In this document: positions 1-8,138 of the stretch, piece after piece
Layout: each line of letters opens with the position of its first letter
Numbering within the stretch: position 1 is the stretch's first letter
Assembly: GCA_902562135.1 (NCBI GenBank)
Contig: CACESE010000003.1
Coordinates: 22,840-86,839, forward strand
Source: an uncultured SAR86 cluster bacterium
Lineage (GTDB): Bacteria > Pseudomonadota > Gammaproteobacteria > Magnimaribacterales > AG-339-G14
Direction: 5' to 3'
DNA length: 64,000 nucleotides
Notes under the pieces: model-generated
Databases searched by the model: none
Seen by the model: the letters and a program-made list of their open reading frames with translations, nothing else
What the model was told of the DNA's origin: nothing
Program-made: the position numbers and the translations under genes

Positions 1-143
1 ATCAAAATCCAAATTTAGCAATATATCGTCAAACTGATAATGGTCTGCTTATTAGAATGGCTTTATTTACTTTAATCTTAGGAGTTTCAAATCAAATCGA
101 TGATTCTGCTTCTCCTGTTAATTGGTTTTCTAACAAATCTTAA
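1..143 (+). CDS. 3' end of an unidentified CDS truncated by the window edge
   Basis: My manual translation gives an open frame from position 3 to TAA at 141-143: ...QNPNLAIYRQTDNGLLIRMALFTLILGVSNQIDDSASPVNWFSNKS*. I recognise no family. It is convergent with umuC and overlaps its stop by 4 nt. Confidence 0.3.
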   Translation, partial: QNPNLAIYRQTDNGLLIRMALFTLILGVSNQIDDSASPVNWFSNKS

Positions 144-1402
144 TTAGCGCGTGGTAATTGATTCCAGTTGGTTGTGTATTTAGGAGATTGCAATTCTCTT
201 TTCATTGACCATTCTTTTTTTATCCCTTGTGATAAAAACGTAACTGGTCCATTACTTGTTTTGTTAATCCTATCAATTGTTTTCATTAAATTCTTATCAA
301 TATAGCTTCGGTGTTCTGACTTAAATAAATCTAATTGAAGAACTTCTTCATCGTAAAAGTCACTAAGCATAATACCGGCTTTATTATATTGAAAATTAGG
401 TTTAAAAATTTTTTTCATAGCCATTCTTGCGCCATACATTAAATCCCTTGAGTCATTAGTCGGATTAATAAAGGGAATTGAAATCATTTGTCTATGCTGA
501 GTATCTTGTTTTCGAAAAGGATTCGTTCTGATAAAAACTGATAACAGCTTACATACTTGTTTTTCTCTTCTCAATTTAACCCCTGCTCTTGCTGCATAAT
601 CACTAACAGCTTCGTTTAGTAAATCTTGATTTGTAACTCTCTGACTGAAAGTTCTACTTACAACAATTTGTTTTTTTGTTATTGGTTGGTCTTCTAAATC
701 AATACATATCTCACCTTTCAATTCTCTAATCGTTTTAGCTAGGACAATATTGAAACGTTTTCGAACATAACTTATATCTAATTGTGTCAACTCATAGGCA
801 TTTCGAATACCAATAGCATTTAGGTGTTTTTCTAATCTTCTTCCAACCCCCCAAATTTCTCCTATTGGAGTTATTTTTAGAAGTCTCTCTTGTCTTTTTT
901 TATCAGATAAATCTACTACGCCATTAGTTGCCGGATATTTTTTAGCACCATAACTTGCAATTTTAGCTAAAGTCTTAGTTGGCCCTATTCCAACTCGAAC
1001 TGGCACTCCAATCCATTTAAGTATTTTTTGCTGACAATCAATCCCAAAATCATAAAGATCCATGCAATTGTTTACGCCTGATAAATCTAGAAAAGCTTCA
1101 TCAATACTGTAGACCTCTAGACGTGGAGCAAGTTGTTCTAAAATATCCATAACTCTTGATGAAATATCTGCATACAATTCGTAATTTGAAGAAAAAACTA
1201 CCCCTCCTTTTTTTGTATATTCTTTTTCTATTTCAAACCAAGGATCGCACATTTTAATACCCATCTCTTTAGCTTCTTTTGTCAAAGCAACTACACAACC
1301 ATCATTATTTGATAAGACAACTATAGGTTTACTTTTTAAATCAGGTCGAAACACTCTTTCGCAGGAAGCGTAAAAACTATTGCAGTCTACTAAAGCAAAC
1401 AT
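140..1402 (-). CDS. umuC: DNA polymerase V catalytic subunit UmuC (Y-family polymerase)
   Basis: 420 aa. The N-terminus MFALVDCNSFYASCERVFRPDL...VVLSNNDGCVVA is typical of UmuC/Y-family polymerases. It lies 3 nt downstream of umuD. Confidence 0.9.
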   Translation of the reverse strand: MFALVDCNSFYASCERVFRPDLKSKPIVVLSNNDGCVVALTKEAKEMGIKMCDPWFEIEKEYTKKGGVVFSSNYELYADISSRVMDILEQLAPRLEVYSIDEAFLDLSGVNNCMDLYDFGIDCQQKILKWIGVPVRVGIGPTKTLAKIASYGAKKYPATNGVVDLSDKKRQERLLKITPIGEIWGVGRRLEKHLNAIGIRNAYELTQLDISYVRKRFNIVLAKTIRELKGEICIDLEDQPITKKQIVVSRTFSQRVTNQDLLNEAVSDYAARAGVKLRREKQVCKLLSVFIRTNPFRKQDTQHRQMISIPFINPTNDSRDLMYGARMAMKKIFKPNFQYNKAGIMLSDFYDEEVLQLDLFKSEHRSYIDKNLMKTIDRINKTSNGPVTFLSQGIKKEWSMKRELQSPKYTTNWNQLPRAN

Positions 1403-1405
1403 TAA

Positions 1406-1834
1406 TTAGAACTGATTTATGACTGCTGTTACTACTCCCAGAATTTCTAAATCTTCTTCTTTATTAACTTTTATTGGAGGATATTTAATATTTGCTGAAA
1501 GTAATTTTGGTTCAGGAAAAAGTTGCAATTTTTTACAAGTATAAGCGCCATCAACGGAAGCAATTACAATTTTTCCATGTTGTGGCTCTATACTACGATC
1601 GACAATCAACACTGCGCCATTATTAATACCCGCATTAAGCATTGAGTCGCCACTCGCTCTAACCAAGTATGTGGCAGCTGGATTACTAATCAAAAATTCA
1701 TTTAAATCAATTGATCGTTCCACGTAATCATCCGCAGGACTTGGCCAACCCACTTGTACTTGTTCAGTGAATATTGGAACTTTTATAGTATTTTTATCGA
1801 GGTCAAAATAACCCCCTAAGCTTTTTATTTTCAT
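1406..1834 (-). CDS. umuD: UmuD (LexA-like S24 self-cleaving peptidase, Pol V accessory subunit)
   Basis: 142 aa. GWPSPADDYVERSIDLNEFLI aligns with E. coli UmuD GFPSPAADYVEQRIDLNQLLI. The Ser (ASGDSM) and Lys (TCKKL) catalytic dyad is present. Confidence 0.9.
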   Translation of the reverse strand: MKIKSLGGYFDLDKNTIKVPIFTEQVQVGWPSPADDYVERSIDLNEFLISNPAATYLVRASGDSMLNAGINNGAVLIVDRSIEPQHGKIVIASVDGAYTCKKLQLFPEPKLLSANIKYPPIKVNKEEDLEILGVVTAVINQF

Positions 1835-1851
1835 CTAAGGTAGTTAAAGTA

Positions 1852-1871
1852 TACTGTATATATATACAGTA
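1852..1871. promoter_or_regulatory. LexA (SOS) box upstream of umuDC
   Basis: TACTGTATATATATACAGTA is a perfect palindrome matching the gammaproteobacterial consensus CTGT-N8-ACAG (CTGT 1854-1857, ACAG 1866-1869). It sits about 20 nt upstream of the umuD start. Confidence 0.85.
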
Positions 1872-1901
1872 TATTACTACACTCAAGAAATGCAACTAAA
1901 A

Positions 1902-2417
1902 CTAAATTACTTTAGCAACTCTTACTGCAAAAGCTGAACCTCCCCCAACAATCTTTACCCAAAGATTAAGAAAGAACCCAGAAGAAAGATTTTTTTTATT
2001 ACCGGATTCAATTTTATGTTCGATCTCATCATCCTGGCATGATTGAAGAAGATTGATAAGGGAATGGTTAGGATTATTTTGAGATCTTAAATAAACAAGT
2101 TGTTCTTCGTAATGGTCTTCAACAAAAGACTCGACAGCTTCAATAGTAGCAAAAACTATCTTGGGTCCGAATAAAGCAGGAAGAAATCCTAAAAGATAGC
2201 CTGCAATTTTCCAAAGAAAAACAAGTTTGCTTCTTTTTGTCTGAGGTAAAACCTCTTCGATTCTTCGTAAATGTTCTTGTTCAGTGTCTAAGTGTCTTTT
2301 TGAAAATTCTAAAAGCTCAGGATCTTTTGTAATTGTTAAAATACCTTTATAAATATAAACGGCACCAACTTCACCAGCATGATCTGAACGTAAAAAACTT
2401 TCTAGCAATTTATTCAT
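1902..2417 (-). CDS. coq7: Demethoxyubiquinone hydroxylase (Coq7 family, di-iron)
   Basis: 171 aa. It has HAGEVGAVYIYKG near the N-terminus and the repeated E...EXXH ferritin-like motifs (EQEHL, EIEH) typical of Coq7. Confidence 0.8.
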   Translation of the reverse strand: MNKLLESFLRSDHAGEVGAVYIYKGILTITKDPELLEFSKRHLDTEQEHLRRIEEVLPQTKRSKLVFLWKIAGYLLGFLPALFGPKIVFATIEAVESFVEDHYEEQLVYLRSQNNPNHSLINLLQSCQDDEIEHKIESGNKKNLSSGFFLNLWVKIVGGGSAFAVRVAKVI

Positions 2418-2475
2418 AAAGTATATATTAGAGTTTTTGTTACTTATAAGATAATAGCAAATAATTTTTTTAGAA

Positions 2476-2552
2476 TGGTAGACACGCCCGGATTCGAACC
2501 GGGGACCCCCACCATGTCAAGGTGATACTCTAACCAACTGAGCTACGTGTCT
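2476..2552 (-). tRNA. tRNA-Val (anticodon GAC)
   Basis: The reverse complement is AGACACGTAGCTCAGTTGGTTAGAGTATCACCTTGACATGGTGGGGGTCCCCGGTTCGAATCCGGGCGTGTCTACCA. It folds as a cloverleaf with acceptor AGACACG/CGTGTCT, anticodon loop TTGACAT, T-arm CCCGG-TTCGAAT-CCGGG and an encoded CCA. Confidence 0.92.
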
Positions 2553-2553
2553 A

Positions 2554-3924
2554 TTATTTTGGCGTGAATTTTACAGGTAATTCTTGAATGGCGTTAACAA
2601 AATTATTTGGAGTTATAACCATCTCTCCGTCTTGAACCATATCCGGAAATCTTTCAAAAATCTTTTGGTAAACAACTTCTAATTGCATATTCGCAACATG
2701 CTTCCCCAAACAAAGGTGTCTTCCGTAGCCAAAAGCTAAATGCTTTTTAGCATTATCCCGAGTGATATCAAAAACATCAGGGTTTTTAAAAATTTCTGGA
2801 TCTCTATTTGCTGCTCCATACCATAAAGTGACTTTTTCATTGGGACCAATCATTTGATCTCTTATTTTAGTCTCTTCTTTTGTTGTTCTTCTCATGTAAA
2901 TTACCGGTGAAACCATTCTAATTGATTCGTTTACCATGTTAGGTAACAAATCTTTATTATTCATTACCAATTCTTTTTGTGTTGGATTTTCTGAGAGAAG
3001 ATTCATAGTACCGCTTATTGAATTTCGTGTAGTGTCGTTTCCAGCAAAAATAATTAAAAGCCAAGAGCCATCTAAATATTCATTGGGCAATTTGTCACCT
3101 TCTACTTCTAGATTTGCTATAACTGATAAAAGATCTTCTTTTGGATCTTTTCTTCTTGATAAAAGAATTGATCGACCATAATCGAACATTTCCTCAACCA
3201 TTTTATTAAAAGCTTCAATTAAGGCTGGGTCTGGGGCATGAGCTTCTTGCTCTTCAGAAAACCTTTCTCCTCTATTTTCCATTGATTGAGTAGCAGCCAA
3301 GAGTTGTGCCATTTCAAGAAGTTTCATCCATTCGATAATTTTTGGTCTGTCAGGCTCTGGTACTCCTAACATTTCGCATAAAGTAAATAATGGTAGTTCT
3401 GCTGACACAGCATCAACTAGATTACATTTTCCCAAAGGAGCAATTGCATCTAATAAATTATCAACTTTCATTGATACTTTTTTCTTTAAATTTTCAACAT
3501 ATTTAGGATTAAAGAAAGTCATATGAGGATTCCTTATGTTTAAGTGCAGCATACCGTCTAGACTTAACATATGGTCCATGGTTGATCTGTAAAGTAAGTC
3601 ATTCTCAGGGCGCTCAAAACCATGAGTAAGCGAAGTACCCCCAGCAAGTTGTGAGGAGAAAATTTGTTGATTTTTAGATACATATTCTATGTCTTTATAA
3701 CTTGTTAAAACCCAAAAACCTGGTTCACTATCTTCAGGACCCGTTTCATGAAAATATACAGGAGCCTTTTCTCTTAAGTCTTTAAAATGCCCATAAGGTT
3801 GGCCTTTAGTGAATAAAATGAGATCTGTCAGATCAAAAGTTCTATCAAATTTGTAAGCTTCTTCAAATTTTGGAGAAGCTATTTTTACATAGGGTTGTTT
3901 GTCGCTATTTAATTCAATTGTCAT
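2554..3924 (-). CDS. Cytochrome P450 monooxygenase
   Basis: It carries the heme-thiolate signature FGYGRHLCLGKHVA near the C-terminus and the I-helix-like FAGNDTT. The track ORF extends to 3975 but that extension overlaps tRNA-Arg. I set the start at ATG 3924 (MTIELNSDKQ...). Confidence 0.9.
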   Translation of the reverse strand: MTIELNSDKQPYVKIASPKFEEAYKFDRTFDLTDLILFTKGQPYGHFKDLREKAPVYFHETGPEDSEPGFWVLTSYKDIEYVSKNQQIFSSQLAGGTSLTHGFERPENDLLYRSTMDHMLSLDGMLHLNIRNPHMTFFNPKYVENLKKKVSMKVDNLLDAIAPLGKCNLVDAVSAELPLFTLCEMLGVPEPDRPKIIEWMKLLEMAQLLAATQSMENRGERFSEEQEAHAPDPALIEAFNKMVEEMFDYGRSILLSRRKDPKEDLLSVIANLEVEGDKLPNEYLDGSWLLIIFAGNDTTRNSISGTMNLLSENPTQKELVMNNKDLLPNMVNESIRMVSPVIYMRRTTKEETKIRDQMIGPNEKVTLWYGAANRDPEIFKNPDVFDITRDNAKKHLAFGYGRHLCLGKHVANMQLEVVYQKIFERFPDMVQDGEMVITPNNFVNAIQELPVKFTPK

Positions 3925-3942
3925 ACTAATATTTGTTAACTC

Positions 3943-4019
3943 TGGCGCGCCCGGAAGGATTCGAACCTCCGACACCGTAGTTCGTAGCCACGTGCTCTAT
4001 CCAGCTGAGCTACGGGCGC
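3943..4019 (-). tRNA. tRNA-Arg (anticodon ACG)
   Basis: The reverse complement is GCGCCCGTAGCTCAGCTGGATAGAGCACGTGGCTACGAACTACGGTGTCGGAGGTTCGAATCCTTCCGGGCGCGCCA. The anticodon loop is CTACGAA. It is close to E. coli tRNA-Arg(ACG). Confidence 0.92.
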
Positions 4020-4039
4020 TCGATCATATTCTACAGTTT

Positions 4040-4198
4040 TTAAGAAGATTTATTATTAATTTCTTCTCTAACTACCTTAATAGAATTTGGTGCAGTTATT
4101 CCTAATCTCACGTGAGAACCTTTAATTTCTAAAACTGTAATTTTAATTTCAGTGTCGATCAGTAATGACTGCTCTTGTTTTCTGCTTAAAACTAGCAA
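4040..4198 (-). CDS. csrA: Carbon storage regulator CsrA (RNA-binding global regulator). Not in the ORF track: 52 aa, TTG start
   Basis: My manual translation is (TTG)MLVLSRKQEQSLLIDTEIKITVLEIKGSHVRLGITAPNSIKVVREEINNKSS*. It aligns with E. coli CsrA [48 protein letters not shown]. A GGAGG motif lies 6 nt upstream of the TTG. The csrA-then-tRNA-Arg order is the classical gammaproteobacterial arrangement. Confidence 0.85.
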   Translation of the reverse strand: MLVLSRKQEQSLLIDTEIKITVLEIKGSHVRLGITAPNSIKVVREEINNKSS

Positions 4199-4257
4199 AA
4201 TGTTCCTCCCTTAAAAAATATGTTACACACAATTACCGACACTGTATACGGTAATGC

Positions 4258-5124
4258 TTAATCAGGAGGCTCAAATCCATAAGGTGGTGCTTTAATATTA
4301 TTTTTATCTAGAAGATAAGTTCTGGTTCTCAAATAATCTGCTAATTCGTCATTAGAATAATTTACATTTAAATCTGAATACTTAAATGATTCACCTACAG
4401 TAAAAGGAACCTTTGTATTAATACGTCTTTTAACCTCATAAAATAAAAGCGATGCTCTTAAAATAGAACTAAAATGACTTACAAATTGAAAAATTCCGGA
4501 GTTTGATCCAGAAAAGTGAACTGGAACTATAGTTGCATCTGATTGTTTAATTAGCCTAGAGGTAAACTTTTTCCATTCACAATCAAATGCTTTATCTTTT
4601 TTTTGATAAAGCTTAGCTGTAGTTGAAACAGAACCTGCTGGAAAAATAATAACTGAACCCCCTTCAGCTAAATGTTTACGAGCTATTTTTCTAGTCTCAA
4701 GGTTGGTTAGTAAAGCATTTTTATCTCCAGTAAAATCAATAGGCAATAAGTATTTTTTTGTTTCCGGAGCTCTTAAAAGTAACGAGTGAACTAATAATTT
4801 AAAATCATCTCTTCTTTGACTAACTAGCCAACTTAGAACTAATCCATCTAATACACCAAAAGGATGGTTTGCGACCACTATGGTTGGACCTGTTTTTGGA
4901 ATATTTTCTAATCTATCTTCAGTGATATTTATTGATAAATTTAATAAATGAACACAACCGTCCCAAAAACTTTTCCACTCGGAAGGGTTCTCTTGGTATT
5001 TTCTATAAAGTTTAAATATTTTTGGCTGTCCCGCACAGTATTCTATGGAACGAATCAAAAACCTTCTTAGAATGGGATCGTCTGGATCAGCATAGCTAAA
5101 ATATTTTGATTCTATATATTCCAT
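4258..5124 (-). CDS. Lysophospholipid acyltransferase family protein (PlsC/LPLAT superfamily)
   Basis: 288 aa. It has the HX4D acyltransferase motif (VANHPFGVLDG) and a downstream FPAGSVS block. Its specific substrate is unknown. Confidence 0.7.
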   Translation of the reverse strand: MEYIESKYFSYADPDDPILRRFLIRSIEYCAGQPKIFKLYRKYQENPSEWKSFWDGCVHLLNLSINITEDRLENIPKTGPTIVVANHPFGVLDGLVLSWLVSQRRDDFKLLVHSLLLRAPETKKYLLPIDFTGDKNALLTNLETRKIARKHLAEGGSVIIFPAGSVSTTAKLYQKKDKAFDCEWKKFTSRLIKQSDATIVPVHFSGSNSGIFQFVSHFSSILRASLLFYEVKRRINTKVPFTVGESFKYSDLNVNYSNDELADYLRTRTYLLDKNNIKAPPYGFEPPD

Positions 5125-5132
5125 TATTCTCC

Positions 5133-5222
5133 TGGCGGAGAGAAAGGGATTCGAACCCTTGAAGGAGTTTCCCCCTTACCCGCTTTCCAAGCGAGCGCAT
5201 TCGACCACTCTGCCATCTCTCC
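5133..5222 (-). tRNA. tRNA-Ser (anticodon GGA), long variable arm
   Basis: The reverse complement is GGAGAGATGGCAGAGTGGTCGAATGCGCTCGCTTGGAAAGCGGGTAAGGGGGAAACTCCTTCAAGGGTTCGAATCCCTTTCTCTCCGCCA. The anticodon loop is TTGGAAA. It has a class II variable arm and an encoded CCA. Confidence 0.9.
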
Positions 5223-5250
5223 CGATTATATATCCTATCTATTATATAGA

Positions 5251-6024
5251 TTAACTTCTTATTCCAATGCCTTTCTTTAATAAATGCAATGCAACAAGAT
5301 AAAAAATAACTATAAAAACCATAATCATAGAAATAGCATAAGCAACATTGATATCAGAAACTCCCAGCATGCCGTATCTAAATGCGTTAACCATGTATAA
5401 AAGTGGATTCAATTTTGAAATAAGTTGCCAAGTCTCAGTGAGTAAAGTTATCGAATAAAAAACTCCACCTAAGTAAATTAAAGGCGTAAGGACAAAAGTT
5501 GGAATAATAGTTATATCATCAAAACTGTCAGCAAAAATTGCATTCAATAGACCTGCTAATGAAAAAAGGATTGAGGTCAAAATAACCACCAAAATTGTTA
5601 TGAAATAATATTGAATCGTAATTTCGGTAAAGAAAAGAGAAGTTAACATGACTAACAAACCAACAATAATGCCTCTTACTACCCCACCTGCGACAAATCC
5701 AAGAAGAATCAAATATGTTGGCATTGGTGAAACCAATAACTCTTCGATACTTTTTTGAAATTTTACTCCATAGAAAGAAGACACCACATTGTTATATGAA
5801 TTTGTTATCACTGCCAACATTACTAATCCTGGCGCCATAAATTGCATGTAATCGAACCCTCCCATTAATCCAATTCTTGAACCTATAAAATTGCCAAAAA
5901 TAATGAAATACAATATTGTAGTTATAACTGATGGAATAAGCGTTTGTTGCCATATTCTCATGAAACGTTTTATTTCTTTTAACGTCAAAGTATTTAGAGA
6001 AATAAAAAGTTCTTTAGTATTCAT
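5251..6024 (-). CDS. ABC-2 type transporter permease
   Basis: 257 aa and polytopic, with about 6 TM segments. It overlaps the upstream ATPase gene by 4 nt, in a YadH-like arrangement. Confidence 0.7.
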   Translation of the reverse strand: MNTKELFISLNTLTLKEIKRFMRIWQQTLIPSVITTILYFIIFGNFIGSRIGLMGGFDYMQFMAPGLVMLAVITNSYNNVVSSFYGVKFQKSIEELLVSPMPTYLILLGFVAGGVVRGIIVGLLVMLTSLFFTEITIQYYFITILVVILTSILFSLAGLLNAIFADSFDDITIIPTFVLTPLIYLGGVFYSITLLTETWQLISKLNPLLYMVNAFRYGMLGVSDINVAYAISMIMVFIVIFYLVALHLLKKGIGIRS

Positions 6025-6938
6025 ATTTGATTTGTAAGTTTCAAAAAAAGCTCTTCAAGCCTATTAGTTTCGTTATGGATGCTATTTATTTCAATTCCAT
6101 TGCTTTGAAATATTTTAAGAACTTCATCGATACCCTTCGACTTGTTAACTTGAACGGAAATAGTGAATTCATCAATATAATTAATTTGTAAATTCTCTAA
6201 TTTCTGGTCATTTGAAACCTTTTCTTTTGTTTCAAAGACATAAACCTCAGACTCAAGTTCTTTCAATAAAGATTTCATAGAAGAAGTTTTTACAATTTTT
6301 CCTTGATCGATGATTGAAATATTCTTACAAAGTTTTTCAGCTTCTTCTAAATAATGAGTTGTGAGAATAATGGTTGTACCCTTTCGATTAATCTCTTTCA
6401 AAAACTCCCATAGAGATCTTCTTAATTCAATGTCAACTCCAGCAGTCGGCTCATCTAATATAAGTAGTTCCGGTTCGTTAACCAGAGCTTTTGCTACCAT
6501 TAATCTTCTTTTCATGCCGCCAGAAAGATTTCTGCCTTGCTCATTTCTTTTATCCCATAAATCAAGCTCTTTTAAATAATATTCACTATTTTTTTTAATA
6601 ACACTTCTATCCAAACCGAAGTATCCTGCCTGTTGAGTCAAAATTTGATAAACCGTTTCAAATTGGTTGAAATTAACTTCTTGGCCAACTATTCCCATTT
6701 TCTGCTTTGCAAGCGCATGATTTTTATCGATATCAATACCTAGAATTTCTACCTTGCCTTTATTTTTATTAACTAATGAGCTGATTATTCCAATCAAAGT
6801 AGACTTTCCTGCCCCGTTAGGACCTAACAAAGCATAAAAATCACCGGAGTTTACTTTTAAATTAACATTATCAAGAGCTTTAAAATTCTTGGGATAAACT
6901 TTACAGAGATTTTCAATATCTAAAGCTACTTTGTCCAA
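6021..6938 (-). CDS. ABC transporter ATP-binding protein (ABC-2 exporter ATPase)
   Basis: It has Walker A GPNGAGKST, signature LSGGMKRR and Walker B LILDEPTAGVD. Confidence 0.9.
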   Translation of the reverse strand: MDKVALDIENLCKVYPKNFKALDNVNLKVNSGDFYALLGPNGAGKSTLIGIISSLVNKNKGKVEILGIDIDKNHALAKQKMGIVGQEVNFNQFETVYQILTQQAGYFGLDRSVIKKNSEYYLKELDLWDKRNEQGRNLSGGMKRRLMVAKALVNEPELLILDEPTAGVDIELRRSLWEFLKEINRKGTTIILTTHYLEEAEKLCKNISIIDQGKIVKTSSMKSLLKELESEVYVFETKEKVSNDQKLENLQINYIDEFTISVQVNKSKGIDEVLKIFQSNGIEINSIHNETNRLEELFLKLTNQI

Positions 6939-6962
6939 AATAAAGATACAAAAATTTTTAAT

Positions 6963-8138
6963 TTACTTAGTTAAAAAAGACATCCCATCCTCTAATCCTT
7001 TAAGTGTTAGAGGATACATTTGATCATCAATTAGCGCTCTTGAAAGTTCTATTGATGAAGAATAGTCCCAATGATCTTCAGGAACAGGATTTAACCAAAT
7101 TAATTTTTCATAATTTGCAAAAAATTTTTTCATCCAAACAGACCCAGGTTCTTCGTTCCAATGCTCAATGCTACCTCCTGCATTTGTGATTTCATAAGGA
7201 GCCATAGTGGCATCACCAATAAATATTATTTTGTAGTCCTGAGAGTATTTTTGAAAAAGTTCAGTGGTTTCGATCCTTTCATTATGTCTTCTTGTATTGT
7301 CTTTCCAAACAGTTTCATAAATGAAATTATGAAAATAAAAATACTCTAAATTTTTAAATTCAGTTTTACAGGCAGAAAATAATTCTTCACATATTTTTAC
7401 GTGAGGATCCATTGATCCTCCCACATCAAAAAGAACAATAACCTTAACTGCATTTGCTTTTTCGGGGACCATTTTTATATCCAAAAGACCGGCATTTTTT
7501 GCAGTCGATTTAATGGTTCCATCCAAATCAAATTCTTCATTATGAGATTCTCGGACAAATTTTCTCAATCTTCGAAGAGCAATCTTTATATTTCTAGTTC
7601 CTAACTCAATAGAATCATCTAAGTTTTTAAAGTCTCTTTTTTCCCAAACTTTTACAGCTTTATTTTGTTTTCCTTCGCCCCCAACTCTTATTCCCTCCGG
7701 ATTCATACCTGAATTACCGTAAGGAGAAGTACCACCGGTACCAACCCACTTATCACCGCCTTCATGCCTTCCTTTTTGTTCTTCAAGCCTTTTTTTAAAT
7801 TCATCCAATAACTTTTCAAGTCCGCCCATTGATTTTATTTTCTCTAATTCTTCAGGTGTTAAGAATTTTTCAAATTCTTTTCTCAACCATTCATCTGGAA
7901 TGAGTGCTTGAATGACATCATCTAAAGTTTCTAGGCCCTTGAAATAAATATCAAAAGCTCTATCGAATTTATCGTAATTTTTTTCGTCTTTTACAAGTAT
8001 TGCTCTTGAAAGAAAATAAAATTCTTCAGTATTTGCGAAAACAAGCCTTTTATCCAATGCATTCAATAAATCCAAAAGTTCTCTGAGTGAACAAGGGACT
8101 CCTGTGTCTTTTAAAGTATTAAATAAATTAATTAACAT
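6963..8138 (-). CDS. VWA domain protein, CoxE-like partner of a MoxR ATPase
   Basis: 391 aa. It has a MIDAS-like VLFDVGGSMDPH in the C-terminal half, and its N-terminus resembles CoxE-type VWA proteins. It directly abuts the AAA gene with a 0 nt gap. Confidence 0.65.
   Translation of the reverse strand: MLINLFNTLKDTGVPCSLRELLDLLNALDKRLVFANTEEFYFLSRAILVKDEKNYDKFDRAFDIYFKGLETLDDVIQALIPDEWLRKEFEKFLTPEELEKIKSMGGLEKLLDEFKKRLEEQKGRHEGGDKWVGTGGTSPYGNSGMNPEGIRVGGEGKQNKAVKVWEKRDFKNLDDSIELGTRNIKIALRRLRKFVRESHNEEFDLDGTIKSTAKNAGLLDIKMVPEKANAVKVIVLFDVGGSMDPHVKICEELFSACKTEFKNLEYFYFHNFIYETVWKDNTRRHNERIETTELFQKYSQDYKIIFIGDATMAPYEITNAGGSIEHWNEEPGSVWMKKFFANYEKLIWLNPVPEDHWDYSSSIELSRALIDDQMYPLTLKGLEDGMSFLTK

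Noticed and set aside
3925-3975. The N-terminal extension of the P450 ORF in the track (MSEVRILPGAPELTNIS...).
   Set aside because: The extension is the reverse-strand reading of tRNA-Arg itself. The internal ATG at 3924 gives a normal P450 N-terminus.
2476-4019. The P450 flanked by tRNA-Arg and tRNA-Val, considered as a tRNA-targeted genomic island.
   Set aside because: There is no integrase, no direct repeat of a tRNA 3' end at the far boundary, only one gene, and A/T richness and codon look the same as the surroundings by eye. I kept it only as a tRNA-punctuation observation.
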